From NCBI GenBank assembly GCA_038255465.1, contig JBBSLJ010000002.1, forward strand, positions 302-64,301: 64,000 nucleotides of DNA, written 5' to 3'. A model generated the notes under the pieces. It had not been told where the DNA came from and did not search any database. It saw only the letters and a list, made by a program, of their open reading frames with translations. Origin of the DNA: Candidatus Saccharimonadales bacterium (GTDB taxonomy: Bacteria > Patescibacteriota > Saccharimonadia > Saccharimonadales > JACDFO01). Position 1 is the stretch's first letter, and each line of letters opens with the position of its first letter. The position numbers and the translations under genes are program-made. Below are positions 26,330-35,143 of the stretch, piece by piece.

Positions 26330-27394
26330 GTGCTTACAATGTTTATATTAGAAGATGTACCCCTTGCCCAATATTCAACAATGAGGCTTGGCGGCAAAGC
26401 GGCCTATCTGTCGGAAGTACAGTCGCGGGATGATGTTCGTAGTCTAACCGCCTGGGCAAAAGAGCGGAATCTGCCACTTATTATGATTGGCGGCGGCAGT
26501 AATATTATATGGCGTGACGAAGGCTTTGCTGGTCTGGTGTTAGTAAATAAAATCATGGGCTTTGAGATAATTGACGAAGATGTAGAAAACGCATACATTA
26601 CGATTGGTGCCGGTGAAAACTGGGACCAAGCCGTTGAGCGAGCGGTTGCAACCGGTAAAAGCGGTTTGGAGTACTTGTCACTTATACCAGGAACGGCCGG
26701 CGGCGCACCTGTGCAAAATATTGGCGCGTATGGTCATGAGCTAGCAGAAACTTTTGTCTCGCTTGAAGCGTTTGATCTAAACGAGCAAAAGCTTATAAAC
26801 ATACCCGCCGCTGACTGTGGTTTTGGTTATCGGACAAGTAGATTTAAAATTGGGCCAGATAAAGGCAGATACTTAATTACCAGCATCACGCTTCACCTAA
26901 CAAGACCAGTACCTGACGGAAAATACTACCACTGGCTTGAAGAATATTTGCAGGCAAATAACATTTCAAACCCAACTATTCAGGACATAAGGCAGGCGGT
27001 TATTGCAATCAGAACAAAGCGTTTGCCTGATCCTGCCGTCATACCAAACAACGGATCTTTTTTTGCTAACCCCATTATCGACGCCAGCAAATATCACGAG
27101 CTATTAAATAATCACCCCGATCTGGCAGCCTGGCCTTCCAAGTGCTTTTGGGAATTGCCTGACGGCCGTTACAAAGTCGCCGCCGGTGCACTGCTCGACT
27201 ACCTTGGCTTTAAGGATTACCACGATGAAAGTACCGGCATGGCGACCTGGAAAGAACAAGCTTTGGTGCTCATTAACGAACATGCAACCTCGACTGCTAG
27301 TCTTTTAACGTTCAAGCAACAGCTTGTCGATAAAGTGCACGAAAATTTTGGCATTGAACTTGAACAAGAGCCGGAGCTATTACCCGTTCAGTAG
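26330..27394 (+). CDS. murB: UDP-N-acetylenolpyruvoylglucosamine reductase
   Basis: FAD-binding PCMH pattern STMRLGGKAAYL...IGGGSNI and a MurB C-terminal domain. A GGAGGGG SD lies upstream. Confidence 0.9.
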   Translation: MLTMFILEDVPLAQYSTMRLGGKAAYLSEVQSRDDVRSLTAWAKERNLPLIMIGGGSNIIWRDEGFAGLVLVNKIMGFEIIDEDVENAYITIGAGENWDQAVERAVATGKSGLEYLSLIPGTAGGAPVQNIGAYGHELAETFVSLEAFDLNEQKLINIPAADCGFGYRTSRFKIGPDKGRYLITSITLHLTRPVPDGKYYHWLEEYLQANNISNPTIQDIRQAVIAIRTKRLPDPAVIPNNGSFFANPIIDASKYHELLNNHPDLAAWPSKCFWELPDGRYKVAAGALLDYLGFKDYHDESTGMATWKEQALVLINEHATSTASLLTFKQQLVDKVHENFGIELEQEPELLPVQ

Positions 27395-27403
27395 CATGGC
27401 GCG

Positions 27404-28681
27404 CTAGTTGTCGCTAGGCAGCGGGAACTGTTTTGCAAAAGTTGTGATTTCTTTGCGTAATCCGGCAATGAGATTACTGTCGTTTGGCGCTTTTGCGACT
27501 TTACTCATCCACTCGGCAATCGTCACCATATCGGCTTCCTGCAAGCCGCGAGTGGTAAGCGCCGGCGTTCCAATCCTAAGACCGCTTGGTCGAAACGGCG
27601 GCAGTTTATCATCGGGTATGGCATTACAATTGGCCGTGAGCCCGATACTGTCATACAAATCCTGCGCTACTCGGCCGTCGATACCATAGCTAGTCATCAT
27701 ATCAATCTGAATCAAGTGATTGTCCGTGCCATTTGTCACAAGCTTGAAACCTCTTTCCATAAGCTCATCTGCGAGACACTTGGCGTTTTTGATGATCTGC
27801 TGCGCATAATCTCTAAATTCAGGTTTTAAAGCCTCGCCAAACGCAACTGCTTTTGCGGCAATTGAATGCATGTGCGGTCCTCCCTGGAAGCCTGGGAATA
27901 TTTCGCGGTCAATCAGCGTCGGTAAGTTTTCTATAGACTTTTCTAATGTTTTCAGTGGATTGCCAACCGTACCATTGCTCAGGATTAATCCACCCCGTGG
28001 GCCCCGCAGTGTTTTATGTGTCGTGCTGGTAACAATATGAAAACCAAAATCGAAAGGATTAGGCAATGCCTTCCCGACAATAAGGCCAGCAATATGTGCC
28101 ATATCTGCCATCAGTACCGCCCCAACATCGTTACCTATTTCAGCAAACTTGGCGTAATCGAGACTTCGCGGGTAGCCGCTGAAGCCGGCTAGAATAATCT
28201 TCGGCTTTTCTTTTTTAGCAACTGCGTACATTTCTTCATAATCAATTTCACCGGTTTCTACATCCTTAATGCCGTATCGCACAAAGTTATATAGTTTAGC
28301 GCTCGACGTAACGGGGTGGCCGTGCGTTAGGTGACCGCCATGGTCAAGCCGCATGGCCATGATAGTATCACCCGGCTCAAGCCAGGCTTGATAAACGGCG
28401 ATATTTGCGGGCGCTCCGGAATGCGGCTGCACGTTTGCATGATCACATCCAAATAATTTTTTAGCACGTTCAATCGCAAGTAATTCGAGCGGATCAGTAT
28501 TATCCTGGCCGCCGTAATACCGCCTGCCCGGATAACCTTCCGAATATTTGTTTGTAAATACGCTTCCCAGCGCCGTTAGCACGTCCCGGCTTACGTAATT
28601 TTCTGATGGAATGAGCTCCAAACCTTCGCGCTGGCGTTGCTCTTCTGCTTTGATTAAATCCCAAACTGCGTTGTCTTGCAT
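27404..28681 (-). CDS. glyA: serine hydroxymethyltransferase
   Basis: It has the PLP-lysine context VTSTTHKTLRGPRGG and full-length SHMT colinearity. Confidence 0.95.
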   Translation of the reverse strand: MQDNAVWDLIKAEEQRQREGLELIPSENYVSRDVLTALGSVFTNKYSEGYPGRRYYGGQDNTDPLELLAIERAKKLFGCDHANVQPHSGAPANIAVYQAWLEPGDTIMAMRLDHGGHLTHGHPVTSSAKLYNFVRYGIKDVETGEIDYEEMYAVAKKEKPKIILAGFSGYPRSLDYAKFAEIGNDVGAVLMADMAHIAGLIVGKALPNPFDFGFHIVTSTTHKTLRGPRGGLILSNGTVGNPLKTLEKSIENLPTLIDREIFPGFQGGPHMHSIAAKAVAFGEALKPEFRDYAQQIIKNAKCLADELMERGFKLVTNGTDNHLIQIDMMTSYGIDGRVAQDLYDSIGLTANCNAIPDDKLPPFRPSGLRIGTPALTTRGLQEADMVTIAEWMSKVAKAPNDSNLIAGLRKEITTFAKQFPLPSDN

Positions 28682-28786
28682 AACCTATCTCCATACCAAT
28701 ATTTAGGTTTATTCTGTTTGCGTAGAAGATGGTACCTGTCAGATCATTGCTTTATTGTAGCAGTGGAAAACTAAACTAAAAAGCGG

Positions 28787-28814
28787 TTGACCCGTATATC
28801 ACGACTGGTATAAT
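28787..28814 (+). promoter_or_regulatory. promoter of HTH-murA. The near-leaderless geometry is notable.
   Basis: TTGACC-N16-TATAAT. The -10 box ends 10 nt before the ATG at 28825 and there is no SD. Confidence 0.55.
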
Positions 28815-28824
28815 AATCTAGCTT

Positions 28825-30345
28825 ATGATTACAACCAATGAAAAGATCGGTCAACTAATTTATCATGTAAGACAAGAGCGCGGCATGACCCAAGCTGAGT
28901 TTGCAAAACGGCTTGGCACTAGCCAGTCGGCTGTAAATCGAATAGAAAAAGGCAAACAAAATTTAAGCCTCGATACGCTTGGCCGTATTAGCGATGTACT
29001 CAATAAACAAATTGTTAGTATTGGTGAGGGCTCGATCAATCTTAGAGTCGAAGGTGGCCATGAACTGCACGGGGAAATCACCCTCAAGCGCAGCAAAAAC
29101 GCAGCCGTGGCACTGCTCTGTGCCAGTTTACTTAACTATGGCGTAACGAAGTTTAAGGCCTTTCCTAAAATTGAAGAGGTTTTTCGGATTATTGAAGTGC
29201 TCAAGAGCATCGGCGTGCAGGTCAAATGGCTGCCAAATAATGATATAGAAATTCGACGACCACAAGAATTACAGCTAGATAAAATTAATGTCAATTCTGC
29301 AAAGAAAACCCGTAGCGTTTTAATGCTGTTAGGTGTTCTTATGCACGACCACAAGTCTTTTCAAATACCTTTTTCTGGTGGCTGCAAGCTAGGGGAACGC
29401 ACCGTTGAGCCTCATTTGTATGCACTAGAGCAATTTGGAGTAGGCATAACAGCTAAAACCGGCCGCTACGAAGTTGTCGTCGACAAACAACAGCCAGATT
29501 ATATTGTGTTATACGAAACCGGCAATACAGTGACAAACAATGTACTGATGGCTGCGGCTCGTACAGGCACGGAAACCATCGTTCAAGCCGCAAGTGCTGA
29601 CTATATGGTGCAGGATCTATGTCTTTTCTTGCGAAAGTTAGGCGTAAAGATAGATGGTTTTGGCTCACCAGTACTCAAGATTAAAGGCGTGCCATATATT
29701 AAAAAGAACGTTACCTACGCCCCAACCGAAGATCCGATTGAGGCCATGTTTTTTATTTCTGTCGCCACGACTACTAACTCGCACATTACCATAAAGCGCG
29801 TTCCGCTTCGCTGGATTGGCCTAGAGTTATTCAAATTAAAGACTATGGGGCTCCCATTTACTGTCCATGATGTATACAAGGCCGACAATGGCGTCATAGA
29901 ACTGGCTGACATAGAAATCCATAAACATAATGGCAGTATGATTGCACCGCTTGATAAAATACACCCGAATCTATGGCCAGGAGTTAACCCGGATTCAATC
30001 CCCTATTTTGTGCCGATTGTTGGCGTTTGCAAGGGCCGTACACTCATACATGACTGGATATTCGAGAACCGAGCTATTTACTATACGGAAATGACTAAAG
30101 TGGGGATGAACATTGAGCTTGCCGACCCGCATCGTGTTTATATCACTGGTCCTACAAAATTTAATAACGCCGAGGTTGTTTGCCCGCCAGCTCTTCGCCC
30201 TGCTAGTTTGCTCCTTATCGGTATGTTAGCAGCGGAGGGAACAAGTATCCTGCGTAATGTCTATACGATCAATCGTGGATATGAAGATATTGCTGCCCGC
30301 TTGAACAGCCTTGGCGCCAAAGTCACCGTTCTTCATGAACTGTAA
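28825..30345 (+). CDS. murA: UDP-N-acetylglucosamine 1-carboxyvinyltransferase with an N-terminal XRE-type HTH domain
   Basis: Residues 1-65 form an HTH (RGMTQAEFAKRLGTSQSAVNRIEKGKQN). The rest is colinear with the MurA/EPSP-synthase fold, including the catalytic-Cys loop FSGGCKLGERTVEPH. Confidence 0.85.
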   Translation: MITTNEKIGQLIYHVRQERGMTQAEFAKRLGTSQSAVNRIEKGKQNLSLDTLGRISDVLNKQIVSIGEGSINLRVEGGHELHGEITLKRSKNAAVALLCASLLNYGVTKFKAFPKIEEVFRIIEVLKSIGVQVKWLPNNDIEIRRPQELQLDKINVNSAKKTRSVLMLLGVLMHDHKSFQIPFSGGCKLGERTVEPHLYALEQFGVGITAKTGRYEVVVDKQQPDYIVLYETGNTVTNNVLMAAARTGTETIVQAASADYMVQDLCLFLRKLGVKIDGFGSPVLKIKGVPYIKKNVTYAPTEDPIEAMFFISVATTTNSHITIKRVPLRWIGLELFKLKTMGLPFTVHDVYKADNGVIELADIEIHKHNGSMIAPLDKIHPNLWPGVNPDSIPYFVPIVGVCKGRTLIHDWIFENRAIYYTEMTKVGMNIELADPHRVYITGPTKFNNAEVVCPPALRPASLLLIGMLAAEGTSILRNVYTINRGYEDIAARLNSLGAKVTVLHEL

Positions 30346-30948
30346 ATGAATAGTATTAACACGATATTTTTTGACTGGGGCGGCGTAATCGCAGATGATC
30401 CCGGTAATGAGTTTTTGAGTTTGCTACTCAAAAATATTGGTGCAAGCGACGAGCAAGTTCAGATAATATACGACACCTACATGCGGCGCTTTATGAGGGG
30501 CGAACTATCTGAAGCAGAATACTGGAACGAGCTACGAATTAATTACGGCCTCACTATTCATGATTCAATTTCTGATGACTTCAAAAATTGGCGGGGCTTA
30601 TATAAAAATGATGACATTTTGGCGCTAGTAACTAAAGCAAGGGCTCTGGGCCTTCAGACTGCAGTGTTATCAAATGTTATTGAGCCGACCTACAATGTAC
30701 TGCTCGCGGCTGGATATTATGATTATTTTGACGAGGTTATCGCCTCATGTCAGGTTGGATTTGCTAAGCCACAGCAAGAAATCTACCAAATTGCTCTCGA
30801 TCGGTTACATACAACTGCAGCTCAATCAGTATTTATTGATGATAAACAGAAGAATCTAACGCCTGCTGAAAAAATGGGTTTTGAGACTATACTCGCGCAA
30901 AATCCTAAACAAATCATTGATGATCTAACTAACTATTTTCCGACTTAG
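30346..30948 (+). CDS. HAD-superfamily hydrolase (subfamily IA-like)
   Basis: Motif I variant FFDWGGVI, motif II VLSNV and motif IV FIDDKQKN. Confidence 0.7.
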   Translation: MNSINTIFFDWGGVIADDPGNEFLSLLLKNIGASDEQVQIIYDTYMRRFMRGELSEAEYWNELRINYGLTIHDSISDDFKNWRGLYKNDDILALVTKARALGLQTAVLSNVIEPTYNVLLAAGYYDYFDEVIASCQVGFAKPQQEIYQIALDRLHTTAAQSVFIDDKQKNLTPAEKMGFETILAQNPKQIIDDLTNYFPT

Positions 30949-31000
30949 TATTCTAAACACTCGCCTACTTAATAAGAACCATAGCTTAAAATCGAGCTTG

Positions 31001-31588
31001 TCAAAGCTTATCTAAGGCCTGCTTAACGGATGATATCGAGACCGATATGTCATCTTTGCCGTGCAGGGTTACGGTATTGTACCCATGCTCCCTGAAGCTT
31101 GTGAAATCATTTACAAATCGATTAAACGTATCGTCTGACGGGCCGTGGCCGCCCTCTTGTTTTCTTTTTTCGACTCTTTCTTTGGCTACTGTTGCATCAA
31201 TTTCCACTTCGACAACCAATATAGACAAGGTGGTCGTATGCTCGGATGCTTGCAATCGCAAATTGGCGACCATCTTATTAAAAATCTCAAGATTAGTGAA
31301 AGGCTGGTTCCAGATTATCACCTTGCCGGATGCTATACCTTTATAAGCCTTCGCCCGTAAAAACCTATACGCATGCAGCTTTGGGTCAACACCTTCTTGT
31401 GTTTGAACGCTCACGTGTTTTTTGTATTCTTCACTTTCGTAATCGGTTGCATCCGGGTCCAATAGCACAACTTTGTCGGCACCAATTGATTCCTGAAGTT
31501 TAGTAGCAAGATAGGTTTTGCCGCTGCCTGGCAGGCCTCTAATTATTACTACCGCCGGATAATTTTTTGGTATACTCATTCGTTCCAA
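31001..31588 (-). CDS. P-loop ATPase/kinase (AAA_33-like)
   Basis: Walker A GLPGSGKT near the N-terminus. The size and pattern fit small nucleotide/polynucleotide kinases. Confidence 0.6.
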   Translation of the reverse strand: MERMSIPKNYPAVVIIRGLPGSGKTYLATKLQESIGADKVVLLDPDATDYESEEYKKHVSVQTQEGVDPKLHAYRFLRAKAYKGIASGKVIIWNQPFTNLEIFNKMVANLRLQASEHTTTLSILVVEVEIDATVAKERVEKRKQEGGHGPSDDTFNRFVNDFTSFREHGYNTVTLHGKDDISVSISSVKQALDKL

Positions 31589-31709
31589 TCTCTCCGTTTG
31601 CTGTAATTATATTTTAGGACTTTGTTTAAAAAACGACGACGCGTTATCCACTTATCCTATGATAAACTTAATCCAAGCAACCTATCAACTATATCACTGA
31701 AGGAATTCT

Positions 31710-32735
31710 ATGTTCACAGCCGAACAGTTCACGGAAGAAATTACTACCATATTATTGCTCAGTATTCTTACGTTCTGCGTGGCTATGCTTTTGACGCCGA
31801 TCTATACATATTTTGCTTATAAGCATCAGCTCTGGAAGCGCTCCCGTACCCATTCAACCACCGGCGAAGTGCTCACCGTTATAAGTAGTCTTCGAATTAA
31901 GCGAACCGTACCGCTTATGGCTGGGCTTATTACTATAGCTGCAGTTACTTTGGTAACTGCCGTGTTTAATCTTGATCGCCACCAGACTTGGCTGCCATTG
32001 GCAGCTCTTTTGGGCGGTGGAGTGGTTGGTCTTATCGATGATATTATCAACATTAAAGGCAGGGGCGGTAATGTTGCGGGCTTACGAGCGCCAATAAAAT
32101 TCGGCATGATCACAGTCGTTGCGGCAATCGGCGCCTGCTTCTTTTATTACAAACTTGGCTACACAACTATACATATCCCATTCGCGGGAGACCTTATGCT
32201 TGGATGGCTACTCATTCCACTCTTTACCCTAGTAGTCGTTAGTACAAGTAATGCCGTAAATATTAGTGATGGTATGGACGGTCTGGCGGGTGGGCTTTTA
32301 ATAAGTGCTTACAGCGCTTTTGGTGTTATTGCCGCATTGCAGGGAAATTTTGGAATTGCCGGCTTTTGTTTGACAGTTGCCGGCGCCTTGCTGTCATATG
32401 TTTGGTTTAATATTCCGCCGGCACGCTTCTTTATGGGGGACGTAGGTTCGTTTTCGCTTGGGACGGCCTTGGGCGTTGTAGCTATGCTGACTGATACGCT
32501 ATTCTTGCTGCCAATAATTGCAATAGTGTTCGTTGCAGAGGCCGGTTCAACCCTGATTCAAATACTCTCCAAAAAAATACTTCATCGTAAGATTTTTATT
32601 GCAGCACCCGTACATCACCATTTTGAAGCTTCGGGCTGGCCAAAGACAAAGGTAACAATGCGTTTTTGGGTGCTTGGTCAAGCATCCGGGGCAATCGGTA
32701 TTATTTTGGCGCTTATCGGCGGATACACCACTTAG
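31710..32735 (+). CDS. mraY: phospho-N-acetylmuramoyl-pentapeptide transferase
   Basis: It has the motifs NAVNISDGMDGLAGG, GDVGSFSLG and APVHHHFE, and ten TM helices. Confidence 0.95.
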   Translation: MFTAEQFTEEITTILLLSILTFCVAMLLTPIYTYFAYKHQLWKRSRTHSTTGEVLTVISSLRIKRTVPLMAGLITIAAVTLVTAVFNLDRHQTWLPLAALLGGGVVGLIDDIINIKGRGGNVAGLRAPIKFGMITVVAAIGACFFYYKLGYTTIHIPFAGDLMLGWLLIPLFTLVVVSTSNAVNISDGMDGLAGGLLISAYSAFGVIAALQGNFGIAGFCLTVAGALLSYVWFNIPPARFFMGDVGSFSLGTALGVVAMLTDTLFLLPIIAIVFVAEAGSTLIQILSKKILHRKIFIAAPVHHHFEASGWPKTKVTMRFWVLGQASGAIGIILALIGGYTT

Positions 32736-32776
32736 ATCGGTAAATTTAGTTTATCGTTATTTAACAGATTAAATTA

Positions 32777-32893
32777 TTAACGGCTTAACACGTCGAGGAG
32801 GTTAGACTGATAACCTGTTTTTAGCCAAACAATGTAACTACCAGCCGCAGTAATAAGCGTTAATAAGATGACTGTACGGTGCCATTCTTTCAT
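32777..32893 (-). CDS. candidate 38-aa single-TM micro-protein translationally coupled to the sortase
   Basis: This ORF is not in the ORF track. An ATGA stop/start overlap links it to the sortase gene. Translation: MKEWHRTVILLTLITAAGSYIVWLKTGYQSNLLDVLSR. Confidence 0.3.
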   Translation of the reverse strand: MKEWHRTVILLTLITAAGSYIVWLKTGYQSNLLDVLSR

Positions 32894-33495
32894 GTAGGGT
32901 CTTTCAATTTAGCTTGTACAACTAGCCGGTCTTTAGCAGTCCAGATAGGCGTACAGGTGTAAAGCGTAAGTAACGGCTGGTCAGTTGGCGCTTCAATTTC
33001 TACGGCCGAAGCCGGCACAACGAATACTCTCGTCACTTCATATACATATATTGCTTTATCCCAGTAGAGTACTATTTCATCTCCTGTTTGTATTTTATCA
33101 AGATGATAAAATACCGCCGGATCGTTATATGTAAATCGATGTCCGACAATTACCGTATTACCACCTTGGTCAGGGTTACTAGTTTTAGGACGCCGCCAGA
33201 TCCCTTTGCTTAACGCTGCTGCTGTTTGGCCTTCATTAATTTTCTCTTGTAAAACCAACCTAGGTATTACTAGGGTATTTTCATCGGGCACTTGCTCATT
33301 ATTTTGGCTACCGCCATTGTGGTATGCCTCTACTAGCGACGGCTTAGATGGGGAGGATTTCTTCCACCAATACGAAAGATTCGGCAGTAATGGAGCAAAC
33401 ATAATGTAAGCGGCCAAAAATACAACTAAAACGCTAAGCCCATTATTTATGCGCTTCAAGCGTGGCTTACCCTTTTGGTGTTTCATATCTTTCAT
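32890..33495 (-). CDS. sortase (transpeptidase)
   Basis: N-terminal TM anchor, catalytic His (NTVIVGHR), TLxTC box (LTLYTCTP) and Arg (DRLVVQAK). Confidence 0.85.
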   Translation of the reverse strand: MKDMKHQKGKPRLKRINNGLSVLVVFLAAYIMFAPLLPNLSYWWKKSSPSKPSLVEAYHNGGSQNNEQVPDENTLVIPRLVLQEKINEGQTAAALSKGIWRRPKTSNPDQGGNTVIVGHRFTYNDPAVFYHLDKIQTGDEIVLYWDKAIYVYEVTRVFVVPASAVEIEAPTDQPLLTLYTCTPIWTAKDRLVVQAKLKDPT

Positions 33496-33547
33496 ATTTT
33501 ACTCCTAAAATGCATTAACATAAGCGAAACCATGCTATGGAATATTG

Positions 33548-33576
33548 TTGACATATATAGTATTTTACAGTATCAT
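33548..33576 (+). promoter_or_regulatory. strong promoter for the 55-aa LANTG ORF
   Basis: TTGACA-N17-TATCAT lies 30 nt upstream of the ATG, and an AGGAG SD precedes the start. Confidence 0.6.
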
Positions 33577-33606
33577 ACGTTAGATACAAAACATTAGGAG
33601 AAAATA

Positions 33607-33774
33607 ATGAGTATTGAAGGTCAAGTTTTAGGTGCTTCTAGCGTAGCCGGTGGCGGCGCTGCAGCAGCTTCACAACTAGCAAACACTGGCAGCCCAGCAT
33701 TAGTTGGAATTCTAGCCGGGCTTGCGATGATTGTTGTATTGGGTCTAGTTACCCGTTCAGCACAGAGTCGTTAA
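33607..33774 (+). CDS. 55-aa micro-protein consisting essentially of a sortase sorting signal (LANTG, TM helix, basic tail)
   Basis: This ORF is not in the ORF track because it is under 60 aa. Translation: MSIEGQVLGASSVAGGGAAAASQLANTGSPALVGILAGLAMIVVLGLVTRSAQSR. It has its own promoter, SD and terminator, and lies divergent from the sortase. Confidence 0.6.
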   Translation: MSIEGQVLGASSVAGGGAAAASQLANTGSPALVGILAGLAMIVVLGLVTRSAQSR

Positions 33775-33792
33775 GTAATAAGTTAAGGCAAA

Positions 33793-33832
33793 GGGAGGGT
33801 GTCTAAGATTCTTTCTTAGACCCCTCTTTTTC
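33793..33832 (+). terminator. rho-independent terminator after the LANTG ORF
   Basis: The stem GGGAGGGTGTCTAAGA / TCTTAGACCCCTC (one bulge) is followed by TTTTTCTATT. Confidence 0.7.
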
Positions 33833-33842
33833 TATTGCAATT

Positions 33843-35099
33843 ATGAATAATAGTACACTTTTAATTTTGTTGACCCTGGCCATTGTGTCTCTGATTGATT
33901 ATATACCTAGAGCATTCTTATGGGTAAAGAAAGCCATCCAACCGCAAGTTGGTTATGGTCCTGTTCCACGCTATCTTATTATGCCTACCGTATACGGTAA
34001 CATCTCTTATTTGCAGAATATTAAATTCCTAAAACGATATGCCGACAAGGTAGTTATCTGTACTTCAGCATACGAATCACAAGAGTTTTACGGGGCGCTT
34101 CGAAAAGCTTGCCGAAAATATAATTTTAAATACATCTGTGTGCAATTGCCACACGCCAACGGGCGGCCAATTAAAAATGCATATACAATTTATAAGGGCG
34201 CGTTATCTGATATCAACCGTCTTGGCGCACGGAAAGATACCCCGTGTTTACTAATGGATGCGGACACTTACTCCAACGCCAATGTAAACAATCTAGTTCG
34301 GACGTTTATTCATAAAAATCTTGATATTGCTTCGCTTCGTTGTGAAGTAGATAATCCAAGGACTGTTATTGAACAGCTGCAAGCATTTGAGTATCGTTTG
34401 GCCATGGACAACAGACGTATGGATCCATGGTTAACTTCTGGCGCCTGCAACCTTGCTAAGGCGGGCGTTATTAAACATGTATTCTCAAAACACTCTAATT
34501 TCTTTGCTGGGGGGGATATTGAAATTGGTAAACTAGCTCAAGTAATGGGGTATAAGGTTAAGCACATTAATTTTACCTTTTATACTGCAGCACCTGACAC
34601 CTTTAAGGCTTGGTACAACCAGCGACTTATTTGGTTTGCCGGTGGGTTTAGACACCATGTAGCCAATATGGGCAGTTTTGGTTGGCACCACTTCTTTATG
34701 CTGTTTTATAATTCACTGCTTCTATACATGCTTTTCCCACTCCGTTGGCTCGAACTTATTAACTTTCCGCTAACACTCGTTGCAGCAATTTTTCTTTCAT
34801 GGATATATACCGCTATTCTTGCTTATAACAGGGGCTGGAAGGCCGTATATCTCCTGTTGCCTTTTTATGCGTTTATACAGTCGATGTTTATTCTACCTTT
34901 GGCCGTTGGAAGATACGTTAAACTATCTTGGATTCAACGCAGTTTCGGTCTGCTTAAGTACGACCTAACAAACGTAAGCCTGGCTACAAGACTACTTTAT
35001 AAGGGCCTTAACGTCTCAAGCGTTTTATTCATCATCTACACTGCGACAAACTTTACAATGTCACGATGGTATTACTGGAGCCAAAACGGTTGGTACTAA
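33843..35099 (+). CDS. membrane-embedded family 2 glycosyltransferase (synthase-like)
   Basis: LLMDADT (DxD), QAFEYRLA and QRLIW (resembling Q(Q/R)xRW), with several C-terminal TM helices. Confidence 0.7.
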   Translation: MNNSTLLILLTLAIVSLIDYIPRAFLWVKKAIQPQVGYGPVPRYLIMPTVYGNISYLQNIKFLKRYADKVVICTSAYESQEFYGALRKACRKYNFKYICVQLPHANGRPIKNAYTIYKGALSDINRLGARKDTPCLLMDADTYSNANVNNLVRTFIHKNLDIASLRCEVDNPRTVIEQLQAFEYRLAMDNRRMDPWLTSGACNLAKAGVIKHVFSKHSNFFAGGDIEIGKLAQVMGYKVKHINFTFYTAAPDTFKAWYNQRLIWFAGGFRHHVANMGSFGWHHFFMLFYNSLLLYMLFPLRWLELINFPLTLVAAIFLSWIYTAILAYNRGWKAVYLLLPFYAFIQSMFILPLAVGRYVKLSWIQRSFGLLKYDLTNVSLATRLLYKGLNVSSVLFIIYTATNFTMSRWYYWSQNGWY

Positions 35100-35143
35100 T
35101 AGCACCTAGGTATCTTTTATCGATGAAAGTATTCTAGGGACTT

